Source: Cenococcum geophilum (Eukaryota). Taken from it: a DNA stretch of 64,000 nucleotides. Below, piece after piece: positions 48,012 through 60,700 of this stretch (its first letter is position 1; each line of letters opens with the position of its first letter). A program made the position numbers and the translations under genes. Where the stretch lies: the NCBI GenBank assembly GCA_050273025.1, contig CP158635.1:5766001-5830000 (forward strand). The letters are read 5' to 3'. The notes below the pieces were generated by a model. The model was given only the letters and a program-made list of their open reading frames with translations, was not told the DNA's origin and searched no databases.

Positions 48012-51000
48012 TATTGGTGAATTATAGTAGATAGTTATAGATAGTTATAGATAGTCGTAGACAGTTTTATATAGTTCTAAACAGTTACTGTTATATAACT
48101 AGAGAATTATATATAACGTTAAGCGGCGCCGCCTCCGTCTCCTTTCCTTTTTTTAGCTTTAGATCTTTATTTATAGACTACCAATTATATAGGCTTACGC
48201 GTCCCTCTTGCCGTACTCGTGCCTTAATTAACTAAGTCGCTAACATTATCTAAAGCTTAACTACCTCTTCTTCCTAAGAAGGAACTTAAAAATATTTATA
48301 GACCATAAATAAGAATAGAACATAGAAGTAGACCTAAAGACTATTACTAGAACTTAAAGGACAAAATAGAACTAGAATAATAGAAAAGAATAATAAGATT
48401 TATAGAACATGTATAGACTAGAACCCCTGCAGAATCCTACTAAAAGTTACCCTAGTAACTATACTATAATGCTAAGAAATACAGCAGCTGGTAAAGCAGC
48501 CGTAGGACCCTTAAATACCTCCGATGGTAAAATAGTAACTAACTTAAACTTCTAGGTAGAACTTATAGTAGCTAATACTAAAATTAAATAACTTTAAGAG
48601 CTGCTTAAAGCTAGAGAACCCCCTATACCTAGCGAAGCGTTATTAAACACCTAGAGACTTGCTACGGTTTTTAAGGCCCTAGCCTAATATATAGTATTAG
48701 TATCGTCGCGGTCTGTAAAGGTTGCGGACCCCCTATTACTTACAAACGGAACCAACCCTATATTTAATAATTAGAAGCTTTAATTATAGAATAAGCTTAA
48801 AGTTAATACGAACTACTTCCCTACTACTTAGGCTAAAATGGCCTATATCTTTGGCCATACTGGTAGGGACGCATAGATGTACTTATGTCCTCGGTACGCA
48901 CAGGACTTAGTAAATCCCTTTCTCTCTAAAGAAGAGATAATTGTCTACCTGTCTTCTATTTATAAGGACCCCTTTAAAGTATAAAATGCCCGACTTAATT
49001 ATAAAAGCCTAAATATAAAAATAATAAAGACCTTCTTGGCCTTTTAGACCCGCTTTCTATACCTAGCTAGCTAGGCTTAAATTCCCTAAAAAGATCTAAT
49101 ACTAGATTTATTTAATAAGCTTACCCTAGATCTGCAGTAAGCCGTACTATTAGTTTTTACTACTATATAGACGCTAAAGGAACTTATGGACTAGTGCTTA
49201 GCTATTAACTAAGGCCTTTACTAAATTAAGGTATACGCCAAACGGTATAAAGCTAAAACCCCTTTTAATCAGACTATAAGCAATATAAGAACGGCCCACA
49301 ATACCCTAACAAAATTAGTAACCCCTATAGTACTACCCGTACAGCCCGCCGTTAATTTAGCAGCTAGCTATACGGCCAGTCCTACTATAGGTCTGGCGAA
49401 TGCTTGGCCTATATATAGCAACCCCTATATATAGGTCCTTAGTAATTAAAGAGCTTACTTTTCTTATGGTTAGAAAGGTTATTATATAAAGGATTACCTA
49501 ACGGGCGTAAAAGCGGATAAGGTTTTGTTAATCTAAGAGGATAGCGCGAAGTTAGAAAAAGAGGAACCCTAGAGGAAGACTCCTCTCTAGGGTTAAAAGG
49601 GATTAATATATTAGATATTAATCTAGGTTAGCTAGTTAGTAAAAGAAGCTACACTATCCCTTATACTTTATTCCGTAATAGATATTAAGTTTTAACCTCT
49701 GCTTTAGCTAACTTTCTAAATATACCTATTAAAGAACTGCCTAAACTAATTCCTATTTATGGGTATAATGAGCGGATAGGGCTACCTATTACAACTATCT
49801 TAAGGATTTACCTCCGTATTAATAAACGAAGGTAGTATAATGTCCCCTTCCTTATTACGGACCTAGGTAGCCACAATATAATCTTAAGGCGAAAATAGCT
49901 AGCCTATTTAGGCTTATGGCTCAATGTATAGAGTAGACGGCTTATCTAGCCTAAAACTCTACCCCTAACCCCTTCCTTTATAAAAGAAATCAGCATTATA
50001 ATAGAAAACCTCGTACGGCCTTAGATTAATACTATTTACTAGGCTAATACTATGCGTAGGGACTAGGCCTTTAAGAAAGATATATAGCTTAATTTGCAAC
50101 GGATCCGTATACTATATCACCCCTAAATTACCTATATTACGCCACCCGTATTAAAGACCTAGGAAGTTAATAGAGACCTAAAAAAGCCCCCTATAGAGAG
50201 CTTAGGCCTTATATAGCTACAAAGAACAGTAAGGGATGTTAGACGTTATACTAAACTAATAGATTGGAGGGATAACCTATAGAAAATAAAATAGGAGCTA
50301 AGAAAGATTATAAACCCTAAACTGTAAAATACGGTCTAGAAAATGGCTGTAAGGAAACTAGCGGACCTCCCACTAGTTAATATCTGCTGTATTAGTGCCG
50401 TAGGATTCTACTAGAACTTAGTTTAGCCTAATACTATTACCTTTATAACAAGCTTATATAAAATTAATTAAATAATTAAGGAAAAGGGAAGTAAGCTTAG
50501 TGGATAAGAAAGCGAGCTTATAGATAAGGAACTAGTAGAATAAAAGCTGCCCTATTAATACTAGAAATTTAAGGATATATTCTCTAAAGTAGTGTCTAAT
50601 ATACTTCTACCTTACTAATTATATAACTATAAGATTAAGATTAAGCAGGGCAAGGAAAATACCCTTAGCTTTAGCCCCCTTTATAAGCAGTTTATTACTA
50701 AATTATAGGCCATAAAGCAGTATTTTATTAATAACCTAAATAAGGGCTTTATTAAGCCTAGCTAAGCCCCTTTTACTTTACTTATTCTCTTTATTAAAAA
50801 GCTAAATAGAGAACTCTACTTCTGTATTAACTACTATAAGCTAAATAATATAACCCGCAAGGACCGCTATTTACTGCCCTTACTTAATAAGACTTTAACC
50901 TAAATAAGTAGAGCTAAGGTCTTTATAAAGCTTAATATTCGCTAGGCCTTTTACTAAATTAGGATAAACCCCAGGTCTAAAGATCTTACTATATTTTAGA

Positions 51001-53807
51001 CCTATTACGGAATATATAAATATAAGGTACTCCATTTAAACTAACTAATAGACTAGCTATATACTAGCGGTATATAAATAATATACTCTTTAACTACCTT
51101 AACGACTTCTATACGGCCTATTTAGATAATATTATAATCTACTCTAAGAACGAGCTAGAATATAAGGAGCACGTCTATAAAGTCCTATAATGGCTCCGCG
51201 AGGCTAGCCTTTAGGTTAATATTAAGAAGTTAGAGTTTAGTGTTAAGCGTATAAAGTACCTAGGTTTTATTATTAGTATAAACAGAATTAAAACTAATCT
51301 AAAAAAGACGGCTGTAATTAACTAGTGGGCACCCCCACGAACCGTAAAGGGGGTATAATTATTTTTAGGTTTTTGTAACTTCTACTAACGCTTTATTAAA
51401 AACTATAGTAGGATTGCCTAGCCTCTTAACTATTTTACTAGAAAAGACTAGCTTTTTTACTTTAACGCTATATATAGGTAGGCCTTTAATAAGCTTAAGA
51501 AACGGCTAGTATCGGCTCCTCTATTTGCCTATTTTGACCTAAAACGGCCCTTAGTACTAGAAACTGATGCCTTAAATAGCGTAATAGCTGGTGTTTTTTC
51601 CTAGAAGTAACTAGATAGAGAGTAGCACCCTATTATATACTATTTAAAGACTATAATAGATATTAAGCTAAACTACTACATCTATAATAAAGAAATGCTG
51701 GCTATTATCTCTAGTTTTTAGCACTAGCGTATACAGCTAAAGGGGACCCCTAAGCTAATTAAGGTAGTTTTAGATTATAAGGCCCTAGAATACTTTATAA
51801 TAATTAAGGCCCTTACGGCCTAGTAGGCACGCTAGGCGGATACCCTATCTTAGTTTAACTTTTTAATTATATATAGACTAGGCGCTATAAACCGTGCGGA
51901 CGCTCTTATAAGGCGTAAGTAAGACCTAGATAACTAAACGGCTGTGAAGATCTTATTATAGACCTAGACGCTATTATAACTAGAATACCTTAACCCCTAA
52001 ATATGGGAAGAACTAAGTACAGACTTCTTAGGCGCTAAGATATATCCTATTAACTCCTCTAAACTTAACCTTATTAATAAACTACTATAGGCTAACTAAA
52101 TAACCCCCTCTCTATAGGAGTACTGTAAAAAGGTAAAGAATATTACTAGCCTATAGTCCCTTAAAAATAGACTACTTAAGCACTAGAAATGGCTAGTAGT
52201 AGCTAAGGAATAGAACTTACGGACCCGGCTTATTGCCGAAGCTTATACCTAGGTCTCTACGGCCTACTCTAGAAAAAATAAAACCTGTAAGATTATTAGT
52301 AACCGCTACTACTAGCCCGGAATAGTTATAGATATTAACCGCTATATACGGAACTGTAACGACTGCTATAGATCTATAATTCTATAAGATAAAACCCTAG
52401 GACTATTAAAATCACTCTTAATACCAGAACGCCCCTAATAGTATATCTTTATAGACTTTTATAAACTACCTATAGACCGTAACGGATATAATATAGTTAT
52501 AATCCTAGTTAACTGCTTTAGTAAGCGCCTGTTCTTAATCCCCTATTATAAGAATATTAATACTAAAGAGGCGGCCTAACTATATATCTACTACGTCTAC
52601 CAAATTTACGGACTACTAGATACTATTATATCCAATTATAGGCCGTAATTTATTTTAGCTTTCTGGAATAAGTTTATCTAAATCTTAAGCATTAAGCTAA
52701 AACTTTTTATAGCATACTACCCCCAAATAGATAGTTAGACGGAAATTATAAATTAATACTTAGGCTAGAGACTTTAGCCCTTTATTAACTACTTCTAAGA
52801 TAACTAGGCTAAACTACTACCCCTAATAAACTACGCCTAAGCGACTCTACCTTACGACTTTATAGGATTTGCCCCTATCTAGCTAGAAATAGTGTAAGCT
52901 TTGCAGTATATGGGAATTGAACGAGCAACTTAATTCTAAATCTATGGAAATCAAGTGGTATAAATATATAAAAGTAGACCGATTTGGTGAGCGAGTTAAG
53001 GGCTAGGCAACTGAAACAAGGTGGTACGCTAGTGAGACAAGGTAGTGTTTTAGCAGGGTACCGTAGTCGGTTACAAATAGGCTACTTACTCCATATAAGC
53101 TTTGACTGGGAAAGACTAAAAGGACCCTAGACTATACGCAAAAAACTATTTTATAAGGAAGCCTAGTAGTACGCCAAGCGCTTAGAAGAAGCCTAAACGG
53201 TAGCCTATATAAATCTAAAAAAGGCCTAGAAATTAATATAATAGTAGGTAAATAAGTATAGGCAAGAGCCTAACTTTACTATAGGAGATATGGTCTAGGT
53301 TATAACAAAAAACTAAAAGATAAAACAACCTAGCCGTAAGCTAGACTATTAGATAGTAGGACCATATAAAGTTCTTAAGAAGATAGGTAACGCGTATAAA
53401 GTAAAGCTCTCAGATTTAATTAAAGTTTACCTTATTTTTTCTTTAGATAAACTATAGAAAGTTATAAATGACCTATTACCTAAATAAAAGAATAAACCTC
53501 CCCTGCCGATTTAAGTTAATAGCGATAATAAATAGGAAATTAAAGAAATACTAGCCTATAAGCTTATAAGGGGAACGTTAAAATATTATATTAGTTAGAA
53601 AGGGTATAACCTAGACCCTACTTAGTATCCTATATAGAACTTTATAGGTAGTCCCTATAAGCTTTAGGAATTTTATAGTTATTACCCTAATAAACCTAGA
53701 CCCCTAAAGTACCTTAATAAGTAGATAGAGTGCTAGAATAGCGAAGATAATAAGCTACCTATTAAGCATAAAGATAAGAATACCTTATGGATATAATACG
53801 GACGTAT
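48012..53807 (+). mobile_element. Gypsy family C element: 5' LTR 48012-48245, gag-pol with chromodomain; 3' LTR not in window
   Basis: LTR TATTGGTG...GTCGCTAACA. Gag KVADPPLLTDGTDPTFDNW (~48718), YLDDIMIY (~51119), QMDGQTE (~52723) and chromodomain WEIEEILA..DPTWYP (~53533-53630). Confidence 0.88.
52893..53075. mobile_element. Solo LTR (183 bp) inserted in family C integrase
   Basis: TGTAAGC...GGTTACA termini with 5-bp TSD AATAG (52888-52892, 53076-53080). The host frame continues across it. Confidence 0.9.
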
Positions 53808-54731
53808 CCCTTAACACGGCAGGGTCCTTAAAGGAACTGGTCTGTGCGCGAACACCAGAATCAAAATAACGCGTATATCTATATAGAATTCAATTATTAA
53901 TTATACTACTACTATTCTAATCGTTCTAAAATTGATATAGACCTTGTTCAGCCTACTTAATATAACGTTCGGCCTAATTAGAGTGCGAAAAACCCCTATC
54001 TTAAGCCCTAGCCGTTGCCCAAATTTAAACCGCTCTATATTGACAATTAGGACGACTATAGCTTACTAAACCTACCCCCTAATGTTAATACACACGATCC
54101 TTTTAAGTTATTTAGTCTCTTCATTATAGATAAGATTATGGATAGGCTTACAGAATAGACGAATAAGCACGTAGAGCTTTACCCGCTAAATAAGGAATTG
54201 GAACACCTACGCGTATAGCAGCCTATATATAAGTAGGAACTTTACGCATACTTTATAGTGCAGATTTATATAGGTATTACTATAGAATTATGCATTAAGG
54301 ATTACTGGAAGGATTTAATAATATATAGCTCTAAGTATATTGTTAAAAAAATATATAGGACTTAAGAGATTCTAGTAGCTTAATTATTACTTTTAAGCCT
54401 TACCACTATAGTTAAAGTCTAACAAAATACCTAAAACTATATTTAATAAAGTTAATAAGCTTATTAAGTACCTCTAGCTTACTTATAGGAAGCTCTATAC
54501 CCCTAGAACCTACCTTGCCGTTAATAAAACAATTTAGTACTTTATGGGTCGTGCTCCTAAAATAGTTAATATTCTATCTAAACCAACACCAGAAGGCTTT
54601 AAAATATGGATTTTGGCTAATAAGGGCTATATATTAGACTTTATATAGCACACTAAAGGTAATAAGAAAGGTCCAGGTAATTTAGATAAGTCTTTTTTAG
54701 AGGAAGGCTTTTTAAAGACATAGGTAGTAGT

Positions 54732-57700
54732 TATAACGGAACCTTATAGCAAGTACTACAATAGGCTCGTTGTTGGGCTAGGTGTGTAGGTGATACAAAT
54801 TAAAGTTAACAACGTAATAATAACTGGTGGAGTAGTTGCCTAATAGATTAACTCTAATTATATTCTAAGAATCACTATAAGGAAGGAACTATCTAGGTAG
54901 GGACTAAGGGTCCTTAAATACACAACCGTACTCCTATAAAATCCTTTTTATACGTAATATACGTCTTATATATAAGGTATATAAGTTCCTTCTATTTCTC
55001 TTATTTAATATATAGCATGTTATATAACCTTAGCTACTATTCCTCGTTATATAAATCTACTAGTTCTATCCTAAACTATATTTAAATTAACTAATTAGCT
55101 TCTTTTAACTCTTCTCTAAGTAGTTATAATATTATACTTAAAGCGTCTATAACACCATCTCCCTTCTTTTTATCTTCGTTCTTAAAGATTCCTAATATCT
55201 CTAAGTTGTTTACTAGAGGTATAATATTTATTTAATTAATTTAGTTAATATTATTGCTTATTATACCTAAAGTAATTTCTTCTTTATACGCCCAACGTCG
55301 TGCTCGCACTATTGCTGTAATATTATCTCTTAGTAAGATTATACTGTTTCCGTATTCTCGCTATTTAAAAGAGGGGTTAGTTTGTATTACATTGGCGAAC
55401 CTATCTTTATAACAACTATCCTTTTACTTAGAGTATACTAAAGTAAATATTCGTTTGTCCTGCGATGTTTACTTTACCTTTAATGCTAAATATACGCGAC
55501 CTATTACTCTTAATAGTCGTCTAGTTCCCTAATTAATTTGTCTTAGGGTCTTATATTTAATCTATTACTACGCGGCTAGATAGTAAACTATTTTAAGCCC
55601 TTACTAAGTTAGAATGTTCTTATAATACGGAATAGAAGGCCCTAAATACTTACATTGCGGCGTCTACTTAATTACTTTATCTTAAAAAGGTTTATAAGAA
55701 GGTTCGTTTTAAGGAGTAGAAACTTATAAAATAGGGTCTTTAGGAACTTAGTAATAAAAGAACGGATTCTCTTCTTACTAAGAAGAAAATAGATCTAAGT
55801 AGTTCAGTAACTGCTCTTCTTAGGTCCCCCTTAGGTAACTTAATTTTTAGCAATTCTTCTTTATTAATGCTTTCTAACCTAATTTCTTCTAATACTCCTA
55901 TACCTTTTTTATAGCGTTTTTTAGGTTCTTTAGTGGCTCCTAGGTAGTCTTATTATAGCCTGTCCACTTTACCTTATACTATATTTTATTATTAATATCC
56001 TTATAACTAATAACCTTTAAAACTTGCTATTTGTCTTCTTTTTATCCTCTATATATGTCTGCTTTATAGACCAATAGCTTAATATTCCTATATACTAACT
56101 CTAGCATTACAATATACTATATAGGGTAGATCTTTATTTTGGCTAGTAGGTTTAACTTATATATAACCGGTAAAATCCTTTATTTAATTTTAAAAGGTCC
56201 TAGTCTAATATAGTTTAACTTCTTACTTAGTCATTAACTTTTAAAATTTTTGTGTAGTAGCCATACTTTATCTCCCTCCTTAAGATCTGGTCCCTTAAAT
56301 CTCTTAATATTATAGTACCTTTTTATTGTCTCTTATACTTTCTTTACTAATTCTATAAGGTCTATATAAAGATTTATTAACGTCTTTATTCTTTCTTTAG
56401 CTATACTACTTATTTTCTTCGCTTATTATAATAATAATAATATTTTTAGCTCGTATCCATAATTCGCCTTAAATAGTAATATGCCTATTCCTTCTTAAGG
56501 TGTTGCATTATATATAAACTATATAACTAGTAATAATAATACCCAATTATTCTATACGTGATTAATATAGTATCTTAGATACTACTCTAGTGTCTAATTT
56601 AATCTTTCCGTTTGGCCATCTGTCTACAGATAATATACGGTAAAAGTTACTACTTTAACTCCTTATTCTACTAAGAATACCTCCTAAAATACTGCTATAA
56701 ATCTTAGATCTCTATCTAATATAATCTTACTTAATACTCTATATCTTACGAATACTTCCTTAATATAGATTCTAGCGATATTTTCTGCTAATATTTCTTC
56801 TATACACGCTATAAAGTATCCCTACTTTGTAAGCTTATCTACTATTACTAAGATTACGTTATAATTTTATCTAGTAATAGGATCTCTTAATTTTAGCAAC
56901 TTAATAATAAAGTCCCATAATATAACCTCCTATAGTCTCTTTAGTATTTTAATAGGTTGTAGCCCTCTATATAGCTTATACCTTATTAGTTTATTCCTCT
57001 AGCAATCTAAATATTCTTTTATAACCTTTCGCGCTAAGCCCTAGATTCTATTAATAATATACTCCTCCTAGAGTTTTAATACTAAGCCTATAGCTCCATT
57101 ATATCCTTAAGTTAATCCTTTATAGAATTCTTCTATAAATTGCTCTACTATACTTCTTAGGATGTACTTTGCTTCTTAATTTTTATATATATCTGTCTAT
57201 AGATCTTCTAGTTATGCTTTTAGAATTCTTTATACCTAAAAGCTTTCTAGTAACTTATAAACCCTATTTAGTTTCTCTTTAGTTTCTCTTAAGTTACTAT
57301 AATCTTTAAATAATTATACCTAATTAGTCTATCTATATCTTTTTATAGTAAAGCCCCTAATAGCTTTTTATCGCTTTGTAGTTTAGCCTTTTAACTTAGA
57401 GTATCTACTCGCGTATTATCTGTACCCTTAGTATACTAAATCTTAAAATAGTATTCTATAAGCATCTCCGCCTATCTAACCTATCTTTAGTTAAGTTCCT
57501 TTATTATTAGGAATCCTATTAGGTTCTTATAATCTATTTTAACTATAAATAGTTTCTTTATACCTTATAAAAATACTCTTTATTTTTTTAGTGCTGTAAC
57601 TATACCTAATAACTCCTTATTATAAATGTTATAGTTTAACTATAGTATACCACTGGGTGCTATCTATTTTAATATTTCTATATAAAGTACGCCCCTAATA

Positions 57701-60700
57701 TAAAGTCTAATACATCTATTTCTATAACCGTCTCTAGTCCTAGTTAATAGATCTTAAGAACTAGCTCCTGGGTAAACAACCTTTTAACCTCTTTAAATAA
57801 TTTCTACTATTCCTCTCTCTATGCCTATAGTTTTTCCTTCTTCGTTAATTACGTAAATAGTTTAATATTCTTTAACTATTACGCTGTAAACCTTTTATAG
57901 TAATTGCAAAACCCTAAAAACAATCTTAACTATATAATGTTCTCTAGTTCTTACCAATTTACTATAGCCTTAATCTTCTTTAGATCTATACTAAGTTAGC
58001 CTAGTTTAATAATAAATCTAATAAAATTGGTCTTCCTAGTAAAAAACTCGTATTTCTTAATTGCTATTAGCATCTATTCTTTCTATAGTCTCTTTAAGAC
58101 CCATTTAACGTATTCTTTATACTCCTCTTTAGTTATTAAGTAGATAATAATGTTGTTAAGGTATACTATAACAAATTTATCTAAGTATTCTCCTAATACG
58201 TTGTTAATACGCTTCTAGAACGTTGCTAGTATATTTATAAGCCTAAATTATATAACTAATAGCTTATATAGTCTTTCCTTTAACCTAAAGACTGCCTTCT
58301 ATTTATCGAGTTCCTTAATTCTAATCTAATGGTACGCCTATCTTAGATCTATTTTCGTAAAGATTTATATATTACCTATCCTATCTTAGATTTCGCTAAT
58401 TAAGGGTAAAAGATACCTATCCTTCCTAGTAATACTATTTAACTGTCTATAGTTAATATATAGCCTTAGTTTACTATTCTTCTTTAGTATAAATAGTACT
58501 AAATACCCCACTAATAACTATAATGGTCTAATATATCCTTTTTATAGATTTTCCTAGATAAATTCTTTTAATACTCTACCTTCTTCTTTAGTAAGCTTAT
58601 AGATTAGAAAGAACCTTAGACTTATTCCTAGTTCTAATTCTATTTTATAGTCCCATGCTATATACTCTAACAGCTTTTTACTTTCTAGTAACTATAGTTT
58701 TCTACCATACTTATAGTATTTCTTTAGTATATGGCCTAATCCTTTTTCTATTTCTTCGTAGGTCGCTCCTACTTAATACTATATTAACTTAGCTTACTAT
58801 TATATCTTACGGCGTTAAGTATCTCTAATATTAACCTAACCTATAACCTAATCGATTTTTAGATTATATTCCTATAACTAAGGCATTCTTAGTACTGCCT
58901 TATTATTTCCTAATAGTAATATATTAAAAGACATCTTAATTTATCTTCCTTTAATAGTTAACTAAATAGGTTTTGTTTTAAGATTAATAATACCTCCTTT
59001 ATAGGCTATCGAATCTCCTAAAATTGTTACTAATAAGTAAAGGTACTCTTTTTTCCTATATAGTAATCCCATTCTTTTAACTGCTATTAGCGAGATATAG
59101 TTCCTTATTACTCCACTATCTATTAATACCTTAAACTGTTAATCTTACTATTTAACTCGTAAATTCAGGTATCGTCCTTAAATTCCCTTAAGGGTTTAAG
59201 GCTTTACTACTAGTTCCCTCTAGTCCTATAGGCCTCTACTTTTTCTAACTATTAGCTACTTAATCCTATTTATACTTAATCTATCTTTAACTAATACTTA
59301 ATTCGCTTTTTGTCTTTAATATACCATAGATATATATTCTCTAAGCATTCCCACTACTATTATCCATTTAGGCATTTTTCCGTAAGGAATCTTCCTAGTT
59401 AAAGTATTAAGTCCCCTTAGCTTTACACTTCTACTAGGTGCCAACTATATATATACTTAACATTTCTATATTTTACCTCGTCTAATAACTAGTATATCCT
59501 TACTAGGTACTTCCGGTTCTTATCTTTAGGTACTCTATATATATTATATATATTATCTACGCACGTAATTTATGCTATTATATAATATGCTTAGTGTTTT
59601 AAGTTAACTCTTAGTTTATTTTCTTCCTTAAGTTTAAACCTCTCTTATATTAATCTAAGCGTTATAACTTTATTTACAGGTACTATAATTTACCTCTTAC
59701 TTCTCTAGTCCTCTAATTACTCCTTTAGATCTTTTAACGTTATAATTAAGGCTCCTTTAATATAACTTATAGCCTTTTCCGTAATTAGGTAGTCTTAGAT
59801 AACTTTCTTATCTAACTATATATAGAAATCTTCCTACTTATTATTATGCCTCTACCTATATTACCTTTAGTATAGCTGCCGGAGTATATACAGTTTATTT
59901 ATAAAGAAGTATCTTCTTATTACTACATTATAATATCTCTTTATATATCGTTCTTTAAACCTAATTAGGATCCCTAGATCCTCTTCTTATTCTAATTTAG
60001 TAAGCTACTTAGCTCTTAATGTGCCTACTTTAGGCCTATTAGTAATCCTTTATATAGGTGCTCTGTCCCTTATACGTCCTAATATACTAAATCTCTTATC
60101 TAGTTTCTAATCTTACTATAAAGTAATTCTTGCTCTAAATTCCTCTATGGTTTTTTTCTTTTTATATCTCGTAAGTAGATCCTTAAAGTCATTTTACTTC
60201 TTAATCTTAGTATTAACTTTTTAATCTTTAGGCCGAACACTATATTCTCCTAGTAAGTCTTCTAGGTCTATATATCTGTCTCCTAGTCTAATTACTATTT
60301 ATACTATAGATTCTCTAATCTATAAAGAAGCCTCTTGCCTCTTACTTATAGGTGTTCTTATTTATACTTTAAATTCTTAGTCCCTTAGATTCTTTAATCC
60401 TAAGCTTGCTTCTAACTTAAGCTTAGCTCCTACCTTAGTTTAACTAAACTTAGGTATTTTTATTTTATCTTAAGAGTCTTAAATCTTACTTATTTCGTCT
60501 TAAGAGTCTTATACCTATGGGAAACTCTATCCCGAGCTTATTTGTATATTTTTAAACTAAGCCATTGCTCTGCTCTATCGGTTATCGTCTATTATAGGTC
60601 CTTAAGCTTACCTTATCTCGTCTTAAGAATCTTAGTTATCTCTTATCTTATCTTAAGAATCTTAAGCCTTTAGTCTTTTGCCTTTATTAAGTACTAAAGT

